Origin: a bacterium
GTDB taxonomy: Bacteria > Bacillota_I > Bacilli_A > RFN20 > CAG-826
Assembly (NCBI GenBank): GCA_963611815.1
Contig: CAVDSY010000017.1
Coordinates: forward strand, 350-64,349
DNA length: 64,000 bases
Direction: 5' to 3'
The position numbers and the translations under genes are program-made. This document shows positions 26,541 to 35,193 of this stretch, piece by piece (position 1 is the stretch's first letter; every line of letters begins with the position of its first letter). Below the pieces are notes generated by a model. That model was not told the DNA's origin. It made no database searches and worked only from the letters and a program-made list of their open reading frames with translations.

Positions 26541-28421
26541 ATGGGCGAGACTGATTTCGATCTCATCGTCGTCGGGGGAGGGCATGCCGGAGTGGAGGCG
26601 AGCGCCTCCGCCAGCAAGCTGGGCCTGTCCGTCTTGCTTTTGACGTTAAACAGGAAAATGATCGCCAATATGCCCTGCAACCCCCATATCGGAGGCTCGG
26701 CCAAAGGCGTGGTGGTGCGCGAGATAGACGCTCTTGGCGGGCTCATGGGCAAAGCCGCCGACCATCACCCTTTGCAGACGAAAATGCTCAACACCTCCAA
26801 AGGGCCTTCCGTCCAATGCTTGAGGACCCAGCAAGACAAGAGAGGCTACCCGTCTTACGTGCAATCTCTTCTCTCCGAGATGGAGAATCTCACCATCAAG
26901 GAAGGCGAGGCCGTCGATCTTTTGGCTGAGGGTGGGCGTGTTTGCGGAGTAGTGCTTTCTAGCGGCGAGAAAATAACCTCGAAATGCGTCATCTTGACCA
27001 CCGGCACCTATATGGAAAGCCGCATAATCTCTGGAAAAGACGTCCATCCCGGCGGACCTGATGGAGAGAAACCATCCCATGGGCTTTCCGCTTCTTTGGA
27101 GAGGATGGGAATCGCCATCAAACGCTTCAAAACCGGCACGCCGCCTAGGCTTGACAAAAACACCATCGATTTCTCGAAAGGCGAGATCCAGCTTGGCAGC
27201 GATCTCCGTTTCGGCTTCTCTTATGAAACGAAGGAATTCGTGCCTTTGGAAAAGCAGCTCCCTTGCTATCTTATCTACACGAACGAGCGAACCCATCAGA
27301 TCATCAAAGACCATTTCGCGGACAGCGCCGTGCTCAACGGCACCATCAAAGGGATAGGGCCCCGCTATTGCCCGTCCATTGAGTCAAAGATCGTGCGCTT
27401 CGCCGACAAGGAACGCCATCAGCTCTTCTTGGAGCCGGAGTTCGAGGAAGGCGATTCGATTTACCTTCAGGGTTTTTCGACAGGCATGCCTCACGAGGTG
27501 CAGGAGGAGATGGTCCATTCTCTCCCCGGCCTAGAGAAGGCCAAATTGCTCAAATACGCTTATCAAATCGAATACGACGCTGTGGCCACGCCGCAGTTCG
27601 ACGAAACTTTGAAGATCAGGAAATACGACGGGCTCTACGTTGCTGGGCAGATCTGCGGGACTTCGGGATACGAAGAGGCGGCGGGGCTGGGGCTCATCGC
27701 CGGGATCAATGCCTCAAGATGGGTGCTTGGGCTCCCTCCTTTCGTCTTGAAACGCAATGAGGCCTATATCGGGGTGATGATCGATGATTTGGTGACCAAA
27801 GGCACTGATGAGCCTTATCGTCTCCTCTCTTCAAGGGCCGAATACCGCCTTTTGCTCCGCCACGACAACGCCGATTCCCGCCTAACCCCATACGGCCGTG
27901 AATTGGGACTGATAAGCGATGAGCGCTACCAAAGTTTCATCGATAAGTACAAAAGAATAGAAGAGGCTATAGGGGTCCTCTCTTCCAATAACATCAGCGA
28001 CAAAGCCGGACTCAATTCCTATCTCAAAGAGATGGGCGATGAGGAGACGAGCGAAGGGCATAAAGGCATTGAAATCCTTAAACGCCCCCGTTATTCCTAC
28101 CGACGCGTTGCCTCATTGATGGAATCGATGAAGGGTTTCGACTTCGATGACGAAAGCGTCCTTGCCCTTGAGACGAAGGTCCGGTATTCCGGATACATCA
28201 AAAAAGAGGAGAAGGAGGTTGAGAGCTTCGCTAAAGTCGAGGCAATGCCCATCCCTTCTGACTTCGACTTCCTTCATTGCGAGGGGCTGCGCTTAGAGGC
28301 GAGACAGAAGCTTGATGCCGTTCGCCCCTCTAGCATCGGTCAGGCTTCGCGTATACCAGGGGTTAATCCAGCTGATTTAAGTTTGCTATTATTGGTGCTG
28401 AAAAAGGAGAGGCGCATATGA
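26541..28421 (+). CDS. mnmG: tRNA uridine-5-carboxymethylaminomethyl modification enzyme MnmG (GidA)
   Basis: FAD motif DLIVVGGGHAGVEA and the full GidA pattern (626 aa). Confidence 0.95.
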   Translation: MGETDFDLIVVGGGHAGVEASASASKLGLSVLLLTLNRKMIANMPCNPHIGGSAKGVVVREIDALGGLMGKAADHHPLQTKMLNTSKGPSVQCLRTQQDKRGYPSYVQSLLSEMENLTIKEGEAVDLLAEGGRVCGVVLSSGEKITSKCVILTTGTYMESRIISGKDVHPGGPDGEKPSHGLSASLERMGIAIKRFKTGTPPRLDKNTIDFSKGEIQLGSDLRFGFSYETKEFVPLEKQLPCYLIYTNERTHQIIKDHFADSAVLNGTIKGIGPRYCPSIESKIVRFADKERHQLFLEPEFEEGDSIYLQGFSTGMPHEVQEEMVHSLPGLEKAKLLKYAYQIEYDAVATPQFDETLKIRKYDGLYVAGQICGTSGYEEAAGLGLIAGINASRWVLGLPPFVLKRNEAYIGVMIDDLVTKGTDEPYRLLSSRAEYRLLLRHDNADSRLTPYGRELGLISDERYQSFIDKYKRIEEAIGVLSSNNISDKAGLNSYLKEMGDEETSEGHKGIEILKRPRYSYRRVASLMESMKGFDFDDESVLALETKVRYSGYIKKEEKEVESFAKVEAMPIPSDFDFLHCEGLRLEARQKLDAVRPSSIGQASRIPGVNPADLSLLLLVLKKERRI

Positions 28422-29116
28422 CTTATGAAGAGATGACTGCCTTACTGAATGGGAGCAAAGTGAACCTTGATGAAGGCATGCTCAAAGCCTTTCATGTCTA
28501 CGCGGAACTGCTCAAAGAGTGGAATGAGAAGATCAATCTCACGGCGATAACCGACGAGCCATTGGTCATCGAAAAGCACTTCTACGATTCACTGCTTATC
28601 GCAAAAAAATGGGATTTTGCGGGGAAATCGATTGCAGACATCGGATCTGGCGCAGGTTTTCCAGGCATGGCTTTGGCCATTGCTTTCCCTGATTCGCGTG
28701 TCACTTTGATCGATTCGACGAGGAAGAAGTTCCTCTTCTTGGACGAGGTTAAAAAGGCCTTGAAACTAAAAAACGTTAACTTCCATGTCGGGCGCGTCGA
28801 GGACATGAAATCCGAAAGGAACCATTTCGACATTGTCACTGCGAGAGGATTCGCGGCGATGAATGTCTTCCTTGAGGTCGGCTCGCCTCTAGCCAAAGTC
28901 GGAGGCACTATCGTGGCGATGAAGTCGCTTAAAGGCGAGGACGAGCTTGTCAAATCGAAATTCGCCATCCGCCGGCTTTGCCTTGAGAAAAAAGAAACTC
29001 AGAAAGACGCCTTGCCAGATGGCGAGATCCGCCTCAATTACTTCTTCGAAAAGAAGGACAACACCCCTTCCTCTTATCCCCGCCCTTGGGCCGAAATCCT
29101 CAAAAAGCCGCTTTGA
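28418..29116 (+). CDS. rsmG: 16S rRNA (guanine527-N7)-methyltransferase RsmG (GidB)
   Basis: SAM motif IADIGSGAGFPG. ATGA overlap with mnmG. Confidence 0.9.
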   Translation: MTYEEMTALLNGSKVNLDEGMLKAFHVYAELLKEWNEKINLTAITDEPLVIEKHFYDSLLIAKKWDFAGKSIADIGSGAGFPGMALAIAFPDSRVTLIDSTRKKFLFLDEVKKALKLKNVNFHVGRVEDMKSERNHFDIVTARGFAAMNVFLEVGSPLAKVGGTIVAMKSLKGEDELVKSKFAIRRLCLEKKETQKDALPDGEIRLNYFFEKKDNTPSSYPRPWAEILKKPL

Positions 29117-29166
29117 TTCGCTAAGCGCGTACGTTCTCCTTCCCTCTCCCCTCCGCGCGTTGGCGA

Positions 29167-29195
29167 TTGAAAAAAAGGCATCGTCAACCTATTAT
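29167..29195 (+). promoter_or_regulatory. Near-consensus promoter directly abutting the parA start codon, leaderless configuration
   Basis: TTGAAA (29167-29172), a 17-nt spacer, then TATTAT (29190-29195). Then 7 nt (ttttggc) and ATG 29203, with no SD. Confidence 0.45.
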
Positions 29196-29202
29196 TTTTG
29201 GC

Positions 29203-29976
29203 ATGTCAAAAGTCATCGCGGTTGCCAATCAGAAAGGGGGCGTTGGGAAAACAACGACCTCGATCAACCTTTCATCCGCCCTGTCGCATTTGCAGAAAAA
29301 AGTTTTGCTCATAGATCTCGATCCCCAAGGCAATTCTGGGCGTGGCGTGGGCTTGGACATAACCACCGTCAAAAAGACCATCTACGAGGTTTTGGATGGG
29401 CGCGCTTCCATAAAGGATTCCATCATCGTGACCCCTTTCGATGGTTTGTCAGTCGTCCCGGGGAACCTCCGCCTCGCTGGCTTGGAGGCATCGCTTTATT
29501 CGAACCTCGTCTCCGAGCCTTTCTCTTTGCTCAAAAACGCTTTGTCGGAGATCAGGAATGACTACGATTACATCATCCTCGATTGCCCTCCTTCGCTGGG
29601 CTTGCTTTCCATCAATGCGATGGTGGCTTCCGATTCCGTTCTAGTCCCCGTGCAATGCGAGTATTTTGCTTTGGAAGGAGTGGCTGCGGTGCTAAGCTCC
29701 ATCTCCAATGTCCAAAACGGGCTGAACCCCAGCTTGAAGATCGAGGGATTTCTGCTGACGATGTATGACGCGAAGACGGTTCTCGGGACCGAAATAGCCG
29801 CTGAGGTTCGCCGCCTGTTCCGCGAATCCACCTTTTTGACAACCATTCCTAGAAACCAATCCATCCAGGAATCGCAAGCGAAGCAAATGCCCGTCACTTC
29901 TTTCCGTCCAACCTCATCCGGATCAGTCGCCTATTTTGCCTTGGCGAGGGAGATCATCGACCATGAAGAGCGATGA
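29203..29976 (+). CDS. soj: Chromosome partitioning ATPase ParA/Soj
   Basis: Deviant Walker A (VANQKGGVGKTTT). 257 aa from ATG 29203. Confidence 0.9.
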   Translation: MSKVIAVANQKGGVGKTTTSINLSSALSHLQKKVLLIDLDPQGNSGRGVGLDITTVKKTIYEVLDGRASIKDSIIVTPFDGLSVVPGNLRLAGLEASLYSNLVSEPFSLLKNALSEIRNDYDYIILDCPPSLGLLSINAMVASDSVLVPVQCEYFALEGVAAVLSSISNVQNGLNPSLKIEGFLLTMYDAKTVLGTEIAAEVRRLFRESTFLTTIPRNQSIQESQAKQMPVTSFRPTSSGSVAYFALAREIIDHEER

Positions 29977-30796
29977 CAAGAGACGCTTATCCTCAAATCT
30001 GAGCGATCTCATTGAGAAATTCTCCCAGAACGATGTTATCGCCGAGATGGAGAAGGAATATCAAAGCGCCCCGGCTAAGCTGGTCAATTTGGTGTCCTTG
30101 GTCGACAACCGTTTCATCTCCAGCGTCAAACTCGCAAAAACCACCATCGATTATTTCGCCGCCACCCTCAAAGAGAAGGGCATCTTTAATCCTTTGGTCG
30201 TCACGCCAAGTGGCGACAAATTCGAGGTCGTCCTCGGGAGGAAGAGGTACCTCGGCGCCAAAAAGGCCGGTCTAGTCTCATTGCCATGCGTCATCAAAGA
30301 GATGGGCGAAGAAGAGGAGCTGCTCATCCTTTTGGCGGACAACCGCGACCAAAGAGAAAGCAACGTCATGGAGATGGCTTTGATATGCTCGGCTTTGCAA
30401 AAGCGTTTCGGCTATACCCAGCAAACCCTCGCCTCTCTCTCCCATCAGTCCCGTTGCCAGATCACCAATACCATGCGCTTGCTCCGCTTGAGCCCTGAGC
30501 TTCAGGAGGAGGTCAGCCTTGGCAAACTGAGCTACGGGCACGCTAAAGCCATTGCCTCTTTGACCCCCGAAGGAATGGAAGAAGCCGTCCAAAAAATCCA
30601 CGAAAGCAAACTATCCGTTCGTGAAACAGAGCTCTACGTTGCCGACAAAAAAGCGGGTTTGAGCGGCGTTCAAAATTTGATGGAATACGATATCCCCAAC
30701 TTGAAATCTTTGAGGATTGCGGGGAAATCGGTGAGGCTTGATTTTACTTCAGAAGAGGCAAAAAACGAGTTTTTGCGGGGTTTTCGGACAAAATAA
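29963..30796 (+). CDS. spo0J: ParB/Spo0J-like chromosome partitioning protein with a divergent N-terminal CTP-binding motif
   Basis: ParB N-domain (PLVVTPSGDKFEVVLGRKRYLGAKKAG), HTH region (TQQTLASLSHQSRCQITNTMRLLRL) and SYGHAKAI. The start ATG 29963 overlaps parA. Confidence 0.75.
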   Translation: MKSDDKRRLSSNLSDLIEKFSQNDVIAEMEKEYQSAPAKLVNLVSLVDNRFISSVKLAKTTIDYFAATLKEKGIFNPLVVTPSGDKFEVVLGRKRYLGAKKAGLVSLPCVIKEMGEEEELLILLADNRDQRESNVMEMALICSALQKRFGYTQQTLASLSHQSRCQITNTMRLLRLSPELQEEVSLGKLSYGHAKAIASLTPEGMEEAVQKIHESKLSVRETELYVADKKAGLSGVQNLMEYDIPNLKSLRIAGKSVRLDFTSEEAKNEFLRGFRTK

Positions 30797-30826
30797 AAAC
30801 CGGCAGGTGAATCCTTGCCGGTTTTC
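30795..30826. terminator. Bidirectional terminator between parB and the convergent ferredoxin gene
   Basis: aaaaa, then stem ccggcagg (30800-30807), loop tgaat, stem ccttgccgg (30813-30821, one bulge), then tttt. Confidence 0.6.
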
Positions 30827-30837
30827 GAGAATCGCGC

Positions 30838-31023
30838 TTAGTCTTCGCTGATAGCTTGGACGGGGCAGTTGGCGATGGCATCGTCAACTTCGGTCTCGTC
30901 GCCGTCAGAGACAACCGCGGCTTTGCCGTCGTCGTTGAACTCGAAAATCGAGCTGTGGCAACCGACGCAGAGACCGCAGCCGATGCAGGTGTCCTGATCG
31001 ACTTTTGCTTTCTTATTAGCCAT
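30838..31023 (-). CDS. Small 4Fe-4S ferredoxin
   Basis: CIGCGLCVGC ... NCPVQAI motifs. The start was set at ATG 31023, behind GGAGG. Confidence 0.8.
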   Translation of the reverse strand: MANKKAKVDQDTCIGCGLCVGCHSSIFEFNDDGKAAVVSDGDETEVDDAIANCPVQAISED

Positions 31024-31107
31024 TTTGATTTCCTCCAAAAATCGGTTGCAATTATAAAAGGCGGCCGCAAGAAAGGCAACACATCGCGAATTCTACGCTC
31101 TTCCGTG

Positions 31108-31136
31108 TTCAAAAAAGACGCTTATTCTTTTAGAAT
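31108..31136 (+). promoter_or_regulatory. Putative promoter of the small-ORF/cmk/der operon, leaderless configuration
   Basis: TTCAAA (31108-31113), a 17-nt spacer, then TAGAAT (31131-31136). In-frame ATGs lie at 31138 and 31144; the second is 7 nt from the -10 box. Confidence 0.4.
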
Positions 31137-31137
31137 A

Positions 31138-31404
31138 ATGGCCATGGAAACGCGCATGGAGAGATACCGGAAATACCGTGATGAGATCCGCAACACGGCC
31201 GAAGAATCCTTTCCTCAGGCCAAGGCCGCTTCTTCTGCTTCGGATGATAAAGCCTCTGAGCTCCCTTCCTCCGGCAAAAACAGCCCTTATTATCTCTATG
31301 CCAAGCGCCTTAGAAAAAGAACCTTAGTCCTGCTCGCCCTTTTCCTTTTGTGCGTCGTTGGATTCATCGTCTGGTTTTTCTTGCTCCAAGGAAGGAAGGT
31401 TTGA
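31138..31404 (+). CDS. Small C-terminally membrane-anchored protein of unknown function
   Basis: Charged N-terminus (MERYRKYRDEIRNTAEE) and one C-terminal TM segment (LVLLALFLLCVVGFIVWFFLL). The gene ends 4 nt before cmk. The start may be 31144. Confidence 0.45.
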   Translation: MAMETRMERYRKYRDEIRNTAEESFPQAKAASSASDDKASELPSSGKNSPYYLYAKRLRKRTLVLLALFLLCVVGFIVWFFLLQGRKV

Positions 31405-31407
31405 TTC

Positions 31408-32070
31408 ATGTTCGTCTCAATCGCCATTGACGGGCCCGCCGCCGCGGGGAAAAGCACCGTCGCCAAAATCGTCGCCAAGCGCCTAGGGTATGTCTACATC
31501 GACACCGGGGCGATGTACCGCGCTTTCACTTATGCCGTCATCAAAGCGGGCTTGGATCCCAAAAACGAGGCCGCCTCTTGCTCGCTTGTCGGCAAAGTCG
31601 ATATCGAGCTTACCGAAGATGGTCGCGTCTTCTGCAACAAAGAGGACGTCACAAAGCCAATCCGCGAGAATGAGGTCTCCAGCAACGTCTCTTACATTGC
31701 TTCCTACAAAGCCATCCGCCTCGAGCTCATCAAACTTCAAAGGGAGCTTGCCGCAAAACAAAATGTGGTGATGGATGGCCGCGACATCGGCAGTTACGTC
31801 TTGCCCGACGCCCAGGTCAAAATCTTCCAAATCGCCTCCGTTGAGACGCGCGCCAAAAGACGCTACGACGAGAACCTCGCCAAAGGCATAAAAACGTCTT
31901 TGAAAGATGTCGAGGAGAATGTCAGGCAAAGGGATTACATCGATTCTCACCGCGATTTTGATCCGCTTATGAAAGACAAAGAGGCCATTGAGCTGGACAC
32001 TTCGTACATGACCATCGATGAGGTGGTCGACGCCATTCTTTCCATTGTGAAGAAGAAATTGGGGGATTGA
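31408..32070 (+). CDS. cmk: Cytidylate kinase
   Basis: P-loop IAIDGPAAAGKSTVAK and the full Cmk pattern. Confidence 0.9.
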   Translation: MFVSIAIDGPAAAGKSTVAKIVAKRLGYVYIDTGAMYRAFTYAVIKAGLDPKNEAASCSLVGKVDIELTEDGRVFCNKEDVTKPIRENEVSSNVSYIASYKAIRLELIKLQRELAAKQNVVMDGRDIGSYVLPDAQVKIFQIASVETRAKRRYDENLAKGIKTSLKDVEENVRQRDYIDSHRDFDPLMKDKEAIELDTSYMTIDEVVDAILSIVKKKLGD

Positions 32071-32072
32071 AG

Positions 32073-33377
32073 ATGAGCCTTCCATTGATCGCTTTAGTCG
32101 GGGCGCCCAACGTTGGCAAATCGACCATTTTCAACCGCATAGTCGGAGAGCGCCTTTCCATCGTCGAAGACACTCCCGGCGTCACCAGAGACCGCCTTTA
32201 TGGGACGGGAGAATGGCTGACGAGGAAATTCCGCATCGTCGATACGGGCGGAGTGGAAATCGCGAACCGGCCATTCCAAGTCCAGATCAGGGCACAAGCC
32301 CAAATTGCCATCGAAGAGGCGGACGTCATCGTTTTCGTCGTCGACGGCAAGCTTGGGGTTACTGGCGATGACAGAGTCGTGGCCAAAATGCTTTATAAGT
32401 CTGGCAAGCCCATCATTCTAGCGGTCAATAAAATCGATAACGCCGAGCGCCTCAGCGATGCCCAGGAGTTCTATTCCCTTGGGCTAGGGGATCCCATTCC
32501 GGTTTCGGGGGCGCACGGTATCGGCATGGGCGACATGCTCGATTCTATCGTCGCCAAAATTCCTGAGAAAGAAGATGCCGATTACGGGTCCGCGATAGCC
32601 TTCTCCCTCATCGGCAGGCCTAACGTCGGAAAATCATCCATCACCAACGCCATCCTCGGCTCGCAAAGGGTCATCGTCAGTGACATTGCCGGAACGACGC
32701 GGGATTCCATCGACACGCCTTTCTCAAGCGAAGGAAAGAACTACGTCGCCATCGATACGGCTGGCCTAAACAAGAGGGGGCGCATCTTCGAGTCGATCGA
32801 CAAATACGCTGCCATAAGGTCGCTGGCCGCCATCGATAGAAGCCAGGTCGCCGTGGTGGTGATCGACGCCTCGACGGGCATCTTGGATCAGGACAGGCAC
32901 GTTTCCGGCTATGCGCTGGAAGCGAAGAAAGGCATCGTCCTCGTCGTCAACAAATGGGATCTTGCGCCCAAGGGATTGGAGCAGGGGGCCTTCGAGCAGG
33001 AGATCAAGTCGCGCTTCAAGTTCCTCGACTTCGCCGAGATCATCTTCGTCTCCGCCAAAACGGGCAAAGGCATCGAGAGGATAATCCCCGCCATCGAAAA
33101 GGCTTACGAAGGGTGCAATCGCCGTATCCCCACCTCCGTTTTGAATGAGATTGTCCAAGACGCGCAGATGATGAACCCCACTCCGGAATTCAACCATGGG
33201 CGTCTCAAGATCCTCTTCTCAAACCAAGTCGCGGTGAACCCCCCGACATTCGTCATGTTCTGCAACAATCCGAGCTTTGCTCACTTCTCATACACGCGTT
33301 ACTTGGAAAATCGCCTGAGAGATTCTTTCGACTTTTCGGGCACCCCGATCTCGATTCTCTACCGCATGAGAAAATGA
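32073..33377 (+). CDS. der: Ribosome-associated GTPase Der (EngA)
   Basis: Two GTPase domains (GAPNVGKST and GRPNVGKSS) plus a KH-like C-terminus. An alternative TTG start lies at 32067. Confidence 0.95.
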   Translation: MSLPLIALVGAPNVGKSTIFNRIVGERLSIVEDTPGVTRDRLYGTGEWLTRKFRIVDTGGVEIANRPFQVQIRAQAQIAIEEADVIVFVVDGKLGVTGDDRVVAKMLYKSGKPIILAVNKIDNAERLSDAQEFYSLGLGDPIPVSGAHGIGMGDMLDSIVAKIPEKEDADYGSAIAFSLIGRPNVGKSSITNAILGSQRVIVSDIAGTTRDSIDTPFSSEGKNYVAIDTAGLNKRGRIFESIDKYAAIRSLAAIDRSQVAVVVIDASTGILDQDRHVSGYALEAKKGIVLVVNKWDLAPKGLEQGAFEQEIKSRFKFLDFAEIIFVSAKTGKGIERIIPAIEKAYEGCNRRIPTSVLNEIVQDAQMMNPTPEFNHGRLKILFSNQVAVNPPTFVMFCNNPSFAHFSYTRYLENRLRDSFDFSGTPISILYRMRK

Positions 33378-33583
33378 AAGGGCTTACATTTCGTGAGCCT
33401 TTAACATATATGTTAAGGATTCTCCAAAATCCTAGACAATGTATAAAAAACACCTAAAAATGCCGTGGGAAAATTTGCGTTAGATTGACGTATACAGTCA
33501 TTTAAAAATAAAAAAAGTTTTGCAAAAGTTTCGATGAGGTGTTAACTTATGGTCAAGATTAAGCATTGAGGAGGATACACCAA

Positions 33584-33856
33584 ATGAACAAAGCTGATCT
33601 CGTTCAAGCCGTTGCCGAAAAAGCGGAAGTCTCTCGCCGCGATGCCGAGGCCGTCGTCGAAGGCGCCATCGACATCATCGTCGCGAAGCTCACCGCTGGT
33701 GAAACCGTGAAGCTCTCCGGCTTCGGGAACTTCGAGAAGAAGACCCGCGCCGCCCGCACCGGCACCAACCCCACCGATGGCAGCAAGATCGACATTCCTG
33801 CCCGTGAGACCATCGTCTTCAAACCCTCGAAGACCCTTAAGGAAAAGCTTCAGTAA
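33584..33856 (+). CDS. hup: DNA-binding protein HU
   Basis: MNKADLVQAVAEKA...GFGNFEKKTRAARTGTNP. GAGGAGG SD upstream of ATG 33584. Confidence 0.9.
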   Translation: MNKADLVQAVAEKAEVSRRDAEAVVEGAIDIIVAKLTAGETVKLSGFGNFEKKTRAARTGTNPTDGSKIDIPARETIVFKPSKTLKEKLQ

Positions 33857-33871
33857 GTTACTCTGAATCTT

Positions 33872-33895
33872 GACGCCCCTTCGGGGGCGTTTTTA
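33872..33895 (+). terminator. Intrinsic terminator of hup
   Basis: Stem acgcccc (33873-33879), loop ttcg, stem ggggcgt (33884-33890), then tttt. Confidence 0.75.
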
Positions 33896-33912
33896 TGTGC
33901 TATCATCAACTC

Positions 33913-34515
33913 ATGGATCTTCCTTTTCTAAAAGAATACGCGCGCCTTTACAAAGAGCATGGCTTCCTTCTTTTCGCAATCGGCGGCACGAGCAGGGACG
34001 CTCTGCTCGGCCTTTCCCCAAGCGATTTCGATTTTGTGACCGACGCGACCCCTGAGGAAGAAAGACGATTTCTCCCCAACGCGGATTATTCCTTTGCGAA
34101 ATTTGGTTCCATCAAAGCTAAAGAAAACGGAATGGAGATTGACATAACGACCTTCCGAGAGGAAGGGGACTATCTTGATTTCCGGCATCCATCTTTTGTC
34201 AGATTCGTCTCTTCTCCGGAAATAGACAGCGCCCGAAGAGATTTCACGATCAATGCGCTCTATCTCGACGATAATGGCGCGGTGCTTGATTTCCACGGCG
34301 GGCTGGAAGATCTTGAAAGCAAGACCATCCGCTTTATCGGCGACCCCAGCAAACGCATCCAGGAAGACCCCCTTCGCATTCTCCGCGCCGAACGCTTCGC
34401 GCGTAAACTCGGCTTCCGTATCGACCCGCTGAGCCAAAAGGCGATAGATGAGAATCGCGCCCTTCTTGCTAAATTGAATCCAGAGAAGGTGAAGAGCGAA
34501 GCGAAAAAGGGTTAG
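33913..34515 (+). CDS. Class II nucleotidyltransferase of the CCA-adding/poly(A) polymerase family, head and neck domains only (about 200 aa)
   Basis: Motifs GGTSRD, DFDF, RRDFTINAL and EDPLRILRAERF are present. The stop at 34515 lies 12 nt before dnaD, leaving no room for body/tail domains. Confidence 0.7.
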   Translation: MDLPFLKEYARLYKEHGFLLFAIGGTSRDALLGLSPSDFDFVTDATPEEERRFLPNADYSFAKFGSIKAKENGMEIDITTFREEGDYLDFRHPSFVRFVSSPEIDSARRDFTINALYLDDNGAVLDFHGGLEDLESKTIRFIGDPSKRIQEDPLRILRAERFARKLGFRIDPLSQKAIDENRALLAKLNPEKVKSEAKKG

Positions 34516-34527
34516 AATTAAGCAGTT

Positions 34528-35193
34528 ATGTATCCTAGCAGCCTATCCATGGATGCGGTTGATTTCCGCTTCCTCCTCCTAGAAAACTACAAACGCCTTG
34601 GAATCCCCGAGGAAAAAGTCCTCGTTTTGCTGATGGTCGACCATCTTCTTCGCGGCGGCAATTACTTTATCACCGGGGACCTTCTGTCCCTTAAAATGAG
34701 TTTCAAGACGAGCAAGTGCGATGAGCTTTTGGCCTCCTTAATCAAAGAAGGATATCTTTCATACGAGGCGATTGACGGCAAGATGAGAACGACCCTTGAA
34801 CCCCTCAAGAAAAAGCTTTATTCGCTTTTCCAATCGGATATAGCTAGGGCCAAAGCAAGCCTCAATTCGGCTGAGAAAAGCGAGAAATTGTCTCGTCTTT
34901 ACGCGTACTTCGAGAAGCGTCTTAACCGCACCCTGTCGCCGATCGAGAGCGACATGATCGACACTTGGCTTGACGAAGCCTACAGCGAAGACTCGATTAA
35001 AGACGCTTTGGAGAATGCCATCTCAAAAGGAAAGAAGACCATCAAGTCGATCGACAAAGAGCTTCGCACCAGAAGAGGCAGCGAAGACATCGCCAAAGAA
35101 GGCTATACTGGCGTTTCCGATTATTGGGACAAAGACATCGAGCGGACCATTGAGCTCGCGAAGCAAAAATGGAAAGAAGATGAAGACAAGTAA
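34528..35193 (+). CDS. dnaD: DnaD-family replication initiation/remodelling protein
   Basis: C-terminal DnaB_2/DnaD-type domain (ESDMIDTWLDEAYSEDSIKDALENAISKG). Located upstream of nth, as in B. subtilis. Confidence 0.65.
   Translation: MYPSSLSMDAVDFRFLLLENYKRLGIPEEKVLVLLMVDHLLRGGNYFITGDLLSLKMSFKTSKCDELLASLIKEGYLSYEAIDGKMRTTLEPLKKKLYSLFQSDIARAKASLNSAEKSEKLSRLYAYFEKRLNRTLSPIESDMIDTWLDEAYSEDSIKDALENAISKGKKTIKSIDKELRTRRGSEDIAKEGYTGVSDYWDKDIERTIELAKQKWKEDEDK

Noticed and set aside
30611-30626. parS-like sequence inside parB (ccgttcgtgaaaca).
   Set aside because: Only one half-site (cgtgaaaca) matches the TGTTNCACGTGAAACA consensus. A 9-mer match is expected by chance in 64 kb.
26541-30796. Possible oriC nearby, because mnmG-rsmG-soj-spo0J are origin-proximal genes in Firmicutes.
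   Set aside because: No dnaA or dnaN and no cluster of TTATCCACA boxes were seen. Only scattered single near-matches occur (for example near 2085, 22672 and 35228). The neighbouring genes (suf, cmk-der) are not origin-type.
33401-33416. Perfect 16-bp palindrome TTAACATATATGTTAA between der and hup.
   Set aside because: It is AT-rich, about one such palindrome is expected by chance in a window of this size, and it overlaps the weak der terminator region. It may still be an operator, but the evidence is too thin to claim one.
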